A stretch of 64,000 bases of DNA from Verrucomicrobiia bacterium (GTDB taxonomy: Bacteria > Verrucomicrobiota > Verrucomicrobiia > Limisphaerales > UBA11358). A program made the position numbers and the translations under genes. Of the stretch, positions 25,206 to 34,094 are shown one piece after another. The first letter of the stretch is position 1, and each line of letters opens with the position of its first letter. The stretch spans positions 8,179 through 72,178 of the forward strand of contig JANWKE010000054.1 in the NCBI GenBank assembly GCA_025451535.1, written 5' to 3'. The notes below the pieces were generated by a model. It was not told where the DNA came from and ran no database searches. It saw only the letters and a list, made by a program, of their open reading frames with translations.

Positions 25206-28200
25206 TCAATAGGCATGCACGCGGTAAAACCGCGTGACGTTAGCCGCACCGCCCGTATCGCTCAGCAAAATGGTCCCGCCGGTGCCGGATACGGCCTGGC
25301 TCACGTTAACCCACGCGGCCGGGGCAAGACTGTCGCTGCGCTGCAGCTGGTAAGTCCATGTGCTTGACGACGCAAAACTCAACTGGATATCACCGCCCGC
25401 AATCCCAATGAGCGCGAGGTTAAAAGCCGGCAGCACCGGAAAGGACGCCGGATTGAGCGGATCCGTTCCGTTCCGGTATTCCGTGAGATTGGACACGCCG
25501 TCGCCATCCGCGTCATCAGCGCCACGCGACAGGTCGCTCGCCGAACCGAGGGCGTGGCCGAAATAAGCCAGCCGCCACCAGTCGGGGATGCCGTCTGTAT
25601 CACTGTACACATCGGCAATTTTGCGGACTTGCACGCCGGAAACGCGCGCGTTGTCCACCACGGGCGTGAACAGAATTTGCAATTGCGAGTTGGTGACGGC
25701 GTTGGTGAAGACGAGCGAAATCGGGGTATTCATTCCGCCGGCGGCCGCGTAGATGTCGAAATTGGTCAATACCTGTTGGCCCTGGATGAAGACGTTGAAC
25801 TCGCGTTTGCCGGGGCCACTCCAATACGTTTCCGCCTCGAGCAGCGTGGTTTCATAGATGCCCTCGGGACAATCAAACTCGTAGTAGAACCCGCCGCTGG
25901 ACGTGCTGTAATGCTCGCGCTGGTAGAGCGATTGGGCGGAGGAACAGACGCCGCTGATAACGTTGCTGAGGTAGCCGGCGGTGCCGCCGGAATAACCAAA
26001 CGCGCCAGAACTGTAAGCCGTGTCCAGCAACCAGAGGTTGCCGCTGCAATCGGTGACGTTGGCGGGGTTGCCACCGCTGATGCGTTGGACGTAGTTGCCC
26101 GGTACGTTCAAAAACCGGACGTTGGCGGTGTTCGTAACCGAAATATTGCCGCTGGTATCTGTTGCCCGGGCAGAAATGACGTGCGGACCATTAAGAAAAT
26201 TGGAACTGTTCAAATTCAAACTCCACGCAGTTGTTCCAGCGGCGGTAACCCAGATCCCGTTGTCCAATTCGACCTCGACTTTCTGAACGGCGACGTTGTC
26301 AGCCGCCGTGCCGGAAATCGGCAGATTTCCGGAAACCAACGTACCATTCGTCGGCGAAAGCAACGAAACGGTCGGCGGTGTCGCATCCGCAGCACCGGAG
26401 CCGGTATGAAATTGCAGTTGATACGGTGCGAACAGCGCATTTCCAGAAACGGCGTCCACGGCCGAGTTGGTGATGCGTACGATGACGGTGGACAGCGGTG
26501 AAAGCCCGGCGCCGCCGGGAGTGAAGGTCAGGGTGTCGTGCGCGGGCGACCACGCGAAGGTGCCGCCTACGGCCGGCGTCGTGCTGAGTGCCGACTGGAC
26601 GCTGTTGGTGTCCATCGGCTTGCTGAATTGAAGAACGAGGGAGGCGTTGACCGGCACGTTGGTGGCGTCGTGCGTTGGCGAATTGCTCACGACCACCGGA
26701 TCGAGGGGCAACAATTGCGATTGCGCGATGAAAATTTTCGCCGATGTGCTTGGTACAGAAATCGACGGCGTTTGCGAACCTGAATTCAAAACGTAGGTTT
26801 CATTTGTATTCAGCAGGTTCACCAGCGTCGTTCCGCCGGGATAGGTCAAGGTGCAGGGGGACAATATCTGAGTTGAACCGGCGGTATTCAAAACAATGAA
26901 TGCTTCCTGCGTGTTCAACAGCCGGGAGTAGGCAAACAGCCCGGCACCGGTGGAATTCTGGGCGCGATTGGTGTAGGAACCGAGCGAAATCGCCGGATAG
27001 AGCCGACGGAAATTGTTCAGCTTCGCCACGAGTTGAAACAGCGGATGCGTCATATTAAAACTATCCACGCCCGTGAGGCCGGTGTCCTTGAACTGTCCGG
27101 CGAACATGTCCTCGCGGTCATAGGGATCGGTGGCGCCATTGAACGCCTGCTCGGTGCCGTAATAAAGGCACGGAACGCCGCGCGACGTGTAGAGAAATAC
27201 CAGCGCGAGGGTGAGGCGGTTGGTGGTGCTGGAGTTCAAAAAGCGCGGCTGATCGTGGTTGTCGAGAAACGTTACCAGTTGCATCCGCGACACGGGGTCG
27301 TAAAGGCTGTCAACGGAGTTATAATGATTTTGAATCTGCGAGGTGGCGCCGCTGCCGGAGCCTAAGACGTTTCCGACCATGAAATAAAGCGGGTAATCGA
27401 GCACCGAATCCAGCAGGAACGGCCCGCCGCTTTCGGTGCCGGTATAAGAACCGCAGAGTGCTTCGCTGCTGTCGTACACTTCGCCGAACATGAAAAAGTT
27501 CGTCTTCGCGCTGTTCGTCCCGGCGAATTGGTGTACGAGCGGACACCAGTATTGCCAGAAGCCGGTATCCACGTGCTTGAAGGTGTCAATGCGGAAACCG
27601 TCGAAACCGGCCTGTTGAATCCAAAAGTTGTAGATCGCCACCATGTTCGAGCGGACATAAGGCGATTCGGTGCGGAAATCATCCAGGCCGCTCAGTTCGC
27701 CCAACTGGTAATGTGCCGGGGTGTTGTAATCAGGAATGGCGCCGTAGTTGTGAAAGAGATTCGTCAGGGCGTTGTTGGACGGGGTGTAAGTTGAATTGTA
27801 AATGTCAAAGGGCGGCGCATAGGTCAGCGAACTGCTGCGGTACTTGAGCGTGTAGCCGGCCGGCGGAGCCAGAAAGGCAGGATAGCCGGAATCAGTGCTG
27901 TAGATAAGGTCATCGCCGTGATTGCAGATGATGTCGTCAATCACCAGCAGTCCCCGTGCGTGCGCCGCGGCGGTAAAATGCTGCAAATCCGCGAGGCTGC
28001 CCCAGTGTGGGTCCACCTTGTAGAAATCGCGCCCGGCATAGCCGTGAAACTGGCCGTGGCCGTTGAGCACAACGGGCGAGATCCAGATGGCCGTTGCTCC
28101 CAGCGCCTTGATGTAATCAAGCTTCTGTTCGATGCCCTTGAAATCGCCGCCATGCACCGAGGTGGTGCCGGTCGCGCTGTAATTGCCGTCAGCGTTGTTA

Positions 28201-28367
28201 TTCGAGGGGTCGCCATCGAAAAAGCGGTCGGTGATAATCTGGTAGATATTTTGTTGCTGCCAGAAGAGGTTGGTGGTCTGGGCAGGCAAATCTGCCGCCA
28301 GGATGCCGAACCCGACCGGAAGGCACGAGAGAATGCACCGGTGCCAGACCCGAAGGAATGAACACAT
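25206..28367 (-). CDS. Secreted multidomain GH13 alpha-amylase with Ig-like domains, malectin domain and TSP3-like Ca-binding repeats
   Basis: GH13 regions: LLVIDDIICNHG, GFDGFRIDTFKHV, FMFGEVYD, FLDNHDQPR. SbsA-Ig-like segment: SNSPTHDATNVPVNASLVLQFSKPMD. Malectin-like segment: RISGG..DCSGNLW..LYQREHY..GIYETTLLEAETYW..REFNVFIQGQQVLTNFDIYAAAGG. TSP3-like segment: DTDGIPDWW..DDADGDGVSNLTEYRNGTDPLNP. The start is set at ATG 28367 (MCSFLRVWHRCILSCLPVGFGILAA) because the ORF-track start at 28430 lies inside the upstream palindromic box. Confidence 0.9.
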   Translation of the reverse strand: MCSFLRVWHRCILSCLPVGFGILAADLPAQTTNLFWQQQNIYQIITDRFFDGDPSNNNADGNYSATGTTSVHGGDFKGIEQKLDYIKALGATAIWISPVVLNGHGQFHGYAGRDFYKVDPHWGSLADLQHFTAAAHARGLLVIDDIICNHGDDLIYSTDSGYPAFLAPPAGYTLKYRSSSLTYAPPFDIYNSTYTPSNNALTNLFHNYGAIPDYNTPAHYQLGELSGLDDFRTESPYVRSNMVAIYNFWIQQAGFDGFRIDTFKHVDTGFWQYWCPLVHQFAGTNSAKTNFFMFGEVYDSSEALCGSYTGTESGGPFLLDSVLDYPLYFMVGNVLGSGSGATSQIQNHYNSVDSLYDPVSRMQLVTFLDNHDQPRFLNSSTTNRLTLALVFLYTSRGVPCLYYGTEQAFNGATDPYDREDMFAGQFKDTGLTGVDSFNMTHPLFQLVAKLNNFRRLYPAISLGSYTNRAQNSTGAGLFAYSRLLNTQEAFIVLNTAGSTQILSPCTLTYPGGTTLVNLLNTNETYVLNSGSQTPSISVPSTSAKIFIAQSQLLPLDPVVVSNSPTHDATNVPVNASLVLQFSKPMDTNSVQSALSTTPAVGGTFAWSPAHDTLTFTPGGAGLSPLSTVIVRITNSAVDAVSGNALFAPYQLQFHTGSGAADATPPTVSLLSPTNGTLVSGNLPISGTAADNVAVQKVEVELDNGIWVTAAGTTAWSLNLNSSNFLNGPHVISARATDTSGNISVTNTANVRFLNVPGNYVQRISGGNPANVTDCSGNLWLLDTAYSSGAFGYSGGTAGYLSNVISGVCSSAQSLYQREHYSTSSGGFYYEFDCPEGIYETTLLEAETYWSGPGKREFNVFIQGQQVLTNFDIYAAAGGMNTPISLVFTNAVTNSQLQILFTPVVDNARVSGVQVRKIADVYSDTDGIPDWWRLAYFGHALGSASDLSRGADDADGDGVSNLTEYRNGTDPLNPASFPVLPAFNLALIGIAGGDIQLSFASSSTWTYQLQRSDSLAPAAWVNVSQAVSGTGGTILLSDTGGAANVTRFYRVHAY

Positions 28368-28418
28368 AATTTTAAGCGTGAAGTAAAAAACTATACCGCT
28401 GGCCCTGGCCGGCTGCCA

Positions 28419-28434
28419 CCGCACAAACATGCGA
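28419..28434. promoter_or_regulatory. Alpha-glucan box, site 2
   Basis: CCGCACAAACATGCGA, with one mismatch. Lies 52 nt upstream of ATG 28367. Confidence 0.5.
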
Positions 28435-28517
28435 GGTCATTCCATTTTTTTCGGGCGGGACTTGAAAGCCGGGGCCATTGGCATTGCGAAACTTTCGGCG
28501 CTGTCTAAATTACCGGA

Positions 28518-30830
28518 GTGAAACGGCGACCCCACAACGGCAAGTCCCGGCAACGCCATGGGCAAGGCAGCTCGTACGCCACACCTGCCCGCAATGAATC
28601 AGCCCCGGTGCTTCCTGTGCACCGTAAATGGGCCTTTCGCCTGATCGCCCTGATATGCGTGCCGTTGCTGATATTCGGCGGGTTGGAAGCCGCTTTGCGC
28701 CTGGCAGGCTATGGTTATCACACCGGCTTCTTCGACACTGTCGATATCGATCACCAGGAATATCTGGTTGATAATGAAAATTTCAGTTTGCGGTTCTTCC
28801 CGCCGCAACTGACGCGTTGGCCCAATCCCATTTTGATGGAGGCCCACAAGCCTGCCAACACCTGCCGTATCTTCATTCTGGGGGAATCGGCCGCGCAAGG
28901 AGACCCGGAACCCGCGTATGGCGCGGGGCGTTATCTGGAAGTGCTCCTGCGCGAACGATATCCGGACGACCACTTCGAAGTGGTCAACGTGGCCATTACG
29001 GCCATCAACTCGAACGTCATTCTCCCCATCGCTCGCGAGTGCGCGCGCCATCAGGGGGACCTTTGGATCATTTATATGGGCAACAACGAAATGGTGGGGC
29101 CGTTCGGTGGTGCGACCGTATTCGGAGCCAAAGCACCGCCCTGGTGGCTGATCCGGATGAGTGTGGCCGTGCAACAAACCCGTGTCGGGCAATTGATCAC
29201 GTCCCTGATTCGCCGGCTCAAACACAATCCTGCGGGAGCTTCCTGGGGTGGGATGCAGATGTTTCTGGGCAACCAGCTGGCGCCCGACGACCCTCGCCGA
29301 AAGGTAGTCTATCGGAATTTCCAACGTAACTTGCAGGACATCCTGCGGGCGGGACTGGATTCGGGCGCCAAAATTATTCTGAATACCGTTACCGTGAATT
29401 TGAAGGATTGTCCGCCGTTCGATTCGCTGGAAAACAACCGTCTGCCACCGGCCGACCGCGCCCGGTTTGATGAGCAGTTCGCGGAAGCCAGACAACGGCA
29501 GGCCGAAAGAAATTTCACCGCCGCGACGCAACTTTACGAAACGGCGGCAAAACTGGACGGCACCGTCGCCGAATTGCAGTTCCGCTGGGGCGAATGCTTG
29601 TTGACGCAAAATCACTTTCCCCCGGCTCGTCAACATTTCCAACAAGCCTGCGATGATGACGCGCTGCCCTTTCGCGCGGATTCGAAAATCAATGACCTGA
29701 TCCAGCAGGCCGGACGGGAATTTGCCGGGCCGAACCTTGATTTGTTGAATGCCGACGGCGCCCTGGCCACCAATGGTCCCGCGCCCATTCCTGGAGAGGA
29801 AACGTTTTATGAGCATGTGCACTTCAACTTTAACGGGAGTTATCGCCTGGCCCGCGCCTGGGCGGAGCGGGTGCAACGTTTCCTGCCCGGACCGGTCAAA
29901 GAGCATGGAGCCAGCGGCTGGGCTTCACAGGAAACATGCGAACGGCTGTTGGGATTAACGGACTGGAATCGCAGTCTGGTGATTCAGTCGGTAATCCAGC
30001 GATTGCAGCAGCCACCCTTCAGTACTCAACCCGACAACGCCCGGCGAATCCAATCGTTCAAAGAACAAATTGAAGAATTGCACCGGCAAATGGGCGCTGC
30101 TGATGCCGAAGCCAGCGCCAGTAAAATTTACCTGGGCGCTCTGAACCACGCGCCCGATGACTATGTCCTGCACGAGAACTTCGCACAGTTCCTCGAATCC
30201 ATCGGTGAGTTCAAACAGGCCGTTTCCGAATGGCAGGAGGCCAGCCGGTTGTCGCCGCGCAATCCTTTCGCTTTTTGCCAGGCTGGCCGGCTGCTGGCGC
30301 ACCTGGGCCAGCAACCGGACGCGCAGATCGCTCTTTCCGAGGCCATCTCATTGCATCCCCGTTACTTTGAGGCCTGGTTGGAACTGGGCAAGTCCTGCTT
30401 CGCCGAAGGAAAGTATGAACCGGCCTTGAAGGATTATGATTCCGCCCGGCAACTCCAGCCCAATAATCCTGAAGTTTATTTTGAAATGGGCAGGACGCAA
30501 TCACTGTTGCAGCGTCCGGCTGAATCGGTTGAACATTTCCGCCGCGCGCTTCAACTCAAGCCGGATTACTGGGAAGCGCATTATTGCCTCGGTGGTCAAC
30601 TGGCCATGCAAAACAAAGTGCCCGAAGCCAAAAGCGAATTTGAAACCGTCATTCAACTGCAACCCGACTATGCGCCGGCCCATTTGAATCTGGGCGTGGC
30701 CTTCATCAAGGAAAATCAACTGGACGCCGCCTATCGGCAGTTTCAGGAAACGCTGCGTTTGGACCCCACCAACCGCTTCGCCTCAGAATACCTCACCCGA
30801 ATTCAATCCTTGAATAAGCGCAGCCCTTAA
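28518..30830 (+). CDS. Membrane-anchored protein with SGNH/GDSL-hydrolase-like N-domain and C-terminal TPR repeats
   Basis: 770 aa. GTG start preceded by GGAG. TM anchor FRLIALICVPLLIFGGLEAAL. SGNH-like blocks: FILGESAAQG and IIYMGNNE. At least 6 TPR-like repeats occur in the last 250 aa (e.g. AYRQFQETLRLDPTN). Function unknown. Confidence 0.65.
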   Translation: MKRRPHNGKSRQRHGQGSSYATPARNESAPVLPVHRKWAFRLIALICVPLLIFGGLEAALRLAGYGYHTGFFDTVDIDHQEYLVDNENFSLRFFPPQLTRWPNPILMEAHKPANTCRIFILGESAAQGDPEPAYGAGRYLEVLLRERYPDDHFEVVNVAITAINSNVILPIARECARHQGDLWIIYMGNNEMVGPFGGATVFGAKAPPWWLIRMSVAVQQTRVGQLITSLIRRLKHNPAGASWGGMQMFLGNQLAPDDPRRKVVYRNFQRNLQDILRAGLDSGAKIILNTVTVNLKDCPPFDSLENNRLPPADRARFDEQFAEARQRQAERNFTAATQLYETAAKLDGTVAELQFRWGECLLTQNHFPPARQHFQQACDDDALPFRADSKINDLIQQAGREFAGPNLDLLNADGALATNGPAPIPGEETFYEHVHFNFNGSYRLARAWAERVQRFLPGPVKEHGASGWASQETCERLLGLTDWNRSLVIQSVIQRLQQPPFSTQPDNARRIQSFKEQIEELHRQMGAADAEASASKIYLGALNHAPDDYVLHENFAQFLESIGEFKQAVSEWQEASRLSPRNPFAFCQAGRLLAHLGQQPDAQIALSEAISLHPRYFEAWLELGKSCFAEGKYEPALKDYDSARQLQPNNPEVYFEMGRTQSLLQRPAESVEHFRRALQLKPDYWEAHYCLGGQLAMQNKVPEAKSEFETVIQLQPDYAPAHLNLGVAFIKENQLDAAYRQFQETLRLDPTNRFASEYLTRIQSLNKRSP

Positions 30831-30908
30831 AAATCAGGCGCCGGGAAAACAACCGGACTCTCGTTCGAGTAATGCGTGCCCGGCAAATGTGGAGAGGCAC
30901 CAAAAACC

Positions 30909-31793
30909 TCAGGGCCCGCCTGGCGTGCGTTGCGCCAGCCAGGCCAGGTCCGCGTTCCCGGTATAAGAAACTGTCGTGATATGCGTGTAAGTGACCGGAA
31001 CGTTGAACACCCCGGTGACCCAGTGATGAACCTCGGCATGACCGTCGGCGAAAGAAATGCCGCAGGCGTTGCCCAGATAGGCTGAGGGCAATTCGATAAG
31101 CGAGCCCGTTCCGTTCGCTGCCCTGGGATCGACGTAAAGAATACCATCGTCAATGCTGTCGGGGTGCTCATTGAGAAACACCCAACTTTCACTCGGATGT
31201 CTTAACTGGTTCATTTTGGCGGCGAAAAAAAACGGGTTCAAACTCGACAGACTTGCCGGAGGTTTATAACCGCCTTTACCATTGTCGGCGGGGTGGTTCC
31301 ACCCATCGCCACCTACGGCGGCATCCATGGAAACACTCCGGGCACGATGATTGGCAATTTTCCCAAAACCTACCGCCTTCTGCACGAGAGATAAAAAGTT
31401 GTCCCCCGGTGAGGTATAAATTTTATACTGGCCGGCACAATAAGAGCCCAGTGTATTGGTCGCCATGTAAGTCAGATTGGTGTTGTTGGGAGAGAGAGAC
31501 CAGTCCATGTGGCAGTTCTGGGGAATCCAGGAGGGGTTCCCGTTGACAGTGACGGACTGGTCGGCATTCGGCACCAAGGTTTCGTAATTGTCACCGGTGT
31601 ACATAATCCACGCCAGCGTGAGCTGTTTTTTGTTGCTCATGTCGGTGATCACCTGGGCCTTTAATTTGGCCTTGGCCAGGACCGGCAACAACATGCTGGC
31701 CAGGATCGCAATGATGGCAATCACCACCAACAGTTCAATCAACGTGAAGCCCAAACTCCCGGATTTGACCTTGTTTTTTAGTTGCGGATACAT
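30909..31793 (-). CDS. Prepilin-type N-terminal cleavage/methylation domain protein (type II pseudopilin-like)
   Basis: The ATG at 31793 gives MYPQLKNKVKSGSLGFTLIELLVVIAIIAILASMLLPVLAKAK. This is a G/FTLIE prepilin peptidase site plus a hydrophobic helix. The C-terminal motif ISFADGHAEVHHW is typical of the large Verrucomicrobia/Planctomycetes pseudopilin-like family. Confidence 0.8.
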   Translation of the reverse strand: MYPQLKNKVKSGSLGFTLIELLVVIAIIAILASMLLPVLAKAKLKAQVITDMSNKKQLTLAWIMYTGDNYETLVPNADQSVTVNGNPSWIPQNCHMDWSLSPNNTNLTYMATNTLGSYCAGQYKIYTSPGDNFLSLVQKAVGFGKIANHRARSVSMDAAVGGDGWNHPADNGKGGYKPPASLSSLNPFFFAAKMNQLRHPSESWVFLNEHPDSIDDGILYVDPRAANGTGSLIELPSAYLGNACGISFADGHAEVHHWVTGVFNVPVTYTHITTVSYTGNADLAWLAQRTPGGP

Positions 31794-31860
31794 TGGAAAA
31801 TTCCCGCCCAAACCACAGCGTTCACTCTGGTGTTGGGCGGGTGATTTCATGGTTAATTAA

Positions 31861-33717
31861 TCAAAACGGTTGGATTAATCGGAAATAGCTTGCACTACTG
31901 CCCACCGGATAATTCGCCGAGCTTTGACCGTACGTGCCGGACACATCCAGCCACCCACCGGTGGTCAGGCTCGTGGCTGTCTGCAAGTTGACGCCGGGGA
32001 GACCCAGCCAGGTAATCGGGACATTGCCCCCCGACTTTGGACCGATGGCCAGATTACCGAGCGAAGGTTCCTGAACCATGCTGCCGAAGGTATCCTGCGG
32101 CAGGACACAGGTCCCCGTGGACCGGATGTAGCGGATATGATTGGTGCCGACACCGAGGGCCTCGATGGCCAGGCCGCTGTTATTACCGAAAGTATATTGA
32201 TAGGAAAGCTGCAAGGGGTATCCCGCCGGAATCGGCACTGTGATCGTATAGATCTCGCTGCCCAGCGGATTGTTTTGCATCTGGAAATTGCCAAGAGCAT
32301 TGGTATAGCCGCCAGGCCCAGTTACTATTAGCGAGTTGGTCCACGCATCAAATGCGTAGTTCCCCAACGAATTCGTCGTATCCAGACCGTTCAGATAAAC
32401 AGAGTCCAGACTCGGATTGAATACTGACGAATCCGTTCCCACTGCGTTGGTCATGTTCACAGTGAAGGTCACCATGGTGGGGACGGGCAGCACGGTGTTG
32501 CTTGACAGGTCACTGTAACGAACAACGGGCAGCGGAAGGCTGCTGGTCGATACATTAGGCATAACGAATTGCCGGTTTTGGTTGCCACCAAGAACAGAGG
32601 GATTGCCCGGATAGGTGTGGACGGGATTATTTTCATAATTACCCGCGCCATTCAAAAACTTGAATTGCGTCGTGGCACCGTATCCATTGGTGATGATCGC
32701 GGTCGCATAGTAAATGTTGGTGTTCGCGGCACTGGGATTATTTGTGCAAAGCTGGCTGCTCCAATTATTGAAATCTCCCTGCAAATAAACCTGCTGACCC
32801 GCGGCCAACGTTCCGTTCCAGGTTTGAACACTCATGTCCACTGCGAAGGTGAATGTATTGGTGCCAATCGGAGCGTAGGGTGCATCGCTGAAAAGGACAA
32901 TCGGCAGTGTTTGCGCATTGCTTAACACGAAACAGAAGCGATTCTCGTTGTTTTGCGCAATTCCGTTAAGTTTGCTGACAGATTCGTACAGGCCGCCCGT
33001 AATTCTATACTTGAATTCGCCAACCGACCCCGGTGACCCAGCTGCGCCCGCATTTGGGAAAGTTCCGACATACACATTGGAAGTCACCAAATTAAATTGA
33101 TTGGTTCTCAGGATCGTCGGGTCATTGGTCAAAATGGCGGCACTGTCGGCCCAACCGACGAACTGGCCAATGGCTTCCACCGTCATCGTGTTAGGATTGA
33201 AAACCCCGAGTTGAATCTGCTGGGCCATGTCCACCTGGAAGGTACAGTTGCCGGCCACGACAACCCCGGCCGAGGGGCCGGCATCATTGAACCACTCGAC
33301 GGGCAGGAACAGGCTCTGCTGGCCGCTGCCCGCCGGAAGCAGCGTGGTCCGGTTGTCGTTGTTATTCGCCGTCGTTTCATAGCCGCTACTGGGAAAGTTC
33401 GGGACAAAATATTTCCATTGTAGCTGGGAACCGTTGGTGGAAATGGTATCATCATAGGTCCCGATGTATAGATTGGTATTGGCCGCGGCAGGATTGTTGG
33501 TCAACTGAACCTGAAAGATTTGCGGGTGTCCGGCAAGAAAAGGATCAAACGCCTTCGCTTGCACCGTCTGCACGCCGTTGGTGAAGGTGCCGCTTTGAAC
33601 CTGATACGTCATGTCACACTGAAAGGTGATGAGCGTATCCGCATACGCCAACTGGACGGCGCCAACCAGAAGTCCGGCGCAAAACATGGATGAATAAACA
33701 GCTGTTTTGGTCTTCAT
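31861..33717 (-). CDS. Secreted protein with four tandem CBM48/CBM20-like beta-sandwich modules plus the shared C-terminal module
   Basis: The ATG at 33717 gives the signal peptide MKTKTAVYSSMFCAGLLVGAVQLAYA. Four repeats begin ITFQCDM, CTFQVDM, FTFAVDM and VTFTVNM. Repeat 3 (QQVYLQGDFNNWSS...TTQFKFLNG) resembles, from memory, the AMPK-beta glycogen-binding CBM48 signature (VYLSGSFNNWS...YKF). Confidence 0.7.
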   Translation of the reverse strand: MKTKTAVYSSMFCAGLLVGAVQLAYADTLITFQCDMTYQVQSGTFTNGVQTVQAKAFDPFLAGHPQIFQVQLTNNPAAANTNLYIGTYDDTISTNGSQLQWKYFVPNFPSSGYETTANNNDNRTTLLPAGSGQQSLFLPVEWFNDAGPSAGVVVAGNCTFQVDMAQQIQLGVFNPNTMTVEAIGQFVGWADSAAILTNDPTILRTNQFNLVTSNVYVGTFPNAGAAGSPGSVGEFKYRITGGLYESVSKLNGIAQNNENRFCFVLSNAQTLPIVLFSDAPYAPIGTNTFTFAVDMSVQTWNGTLAAGQQVYLQGDFNNWSSQLCTNNPSAANTNIYYATAIITNGYGATTQFKFLNGAGNYENNPVHTYPGNPSVLGGNQNRQFVMPNVSTSSLPLPVVRYSDLSSNTVLPVPTMVTFTVNMTNAVGTDSSVFNPSLDSVYLNGLDTTNSLGNYAFDAWTNSLIVTGPGGYTNALGNFQMQNNPLGSEIYTITVPIPAGYPLQLSYQYTFGNNSGLAIEALGVGTNHIRYIRSTGTCVLPQDTFGSMVQEPSLGNLAIGPKSGGNVPITWLGLPGVNLQTATSLTTGGWLDVSGTYGQSSANYPVGSSASYFRLIQPF

Positions 33718-33776
33718 AATTTTTTTATCAAATGGGTTCTCTGCAGTAAAAATATCATTCACACAGTTAAAAACCA

Positions 33777-33792
33777 CCGCATGTTTGTGCGG
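33777..33792. promoter_or_regulatory. Alpha-glucan box, site 3 (perfect half-sites)
   Basis: CCGCATGTTTGTGCGG, which reads CCGCACAAACATGCGG on the other strand. Lies 60 nt upstream of ATG 33717. Confidence 0.6.
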
Positions 33793-33876
33793 CGTGGTCA
33801 AGGTCGAATTCCAAATGCCTGCGAGGCGGTCAACGGAATTGGTGGCCTGCCATCCGGGCGAAAAGACCGAAATCAG

Positions 33877-34050
33877 GTAGTGGTACGTTCTGAAATTTCA
33901 AGGCAGGGTCATCGCGCTGCGATGACCACGCCGCGTTCAGCGGCGCAACGAAACACTGGATAAATCAGGTTGGTTCAGGTTCCGTCCGCTGAACGCGGAC
34001 GGTGACGCCGCAGCGCGGCGTCCTTACCATGGCAGAACGTACCACTACCC
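33877..34050. repeat. 174-bp nested imperfect palindrome
   Basis: The perfect 17-bp termini GGTAGTGGTACGTTCTG (33877-33893) and CAGAACGTACCACTACC (34034-34050) are reverse complements. Four local hairpins lie inside, at 33908-33928, 33930-33946, 33983-34003 and 34005-34023. A perfect 13-nt complementarity links 33932-33944 to 33987-33999. Confidence 0.8.
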
Positions 34051-34094
34051 AAAATCATCCCTTCAGTGCCATGACCGCAAAAGGCTTCCGGAGT

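Noticed and set aside
28368-28430. N-terminal extension MFVRWQPARASGIVFYFTLKI of the 25206 gene (ORF-track start 28430).
   Set aside because: The ATG at 28430 is part of the palindromic box CCGCACAAACATGCGA. The extension precedes a perfectly good signal peptide starting at ATG 28367.
33871-34058. Possible target-site duplication (AAATCA) flanking the 174-bp palindrome, which would support a MITE.
   Set aside because: The right-hand AAATCA is offset by 2 nt from the terminal repeat, so it is not a clean direct duplication. No second copy of the element is present in the window. The MITE idea is kept only as one hypothesis.
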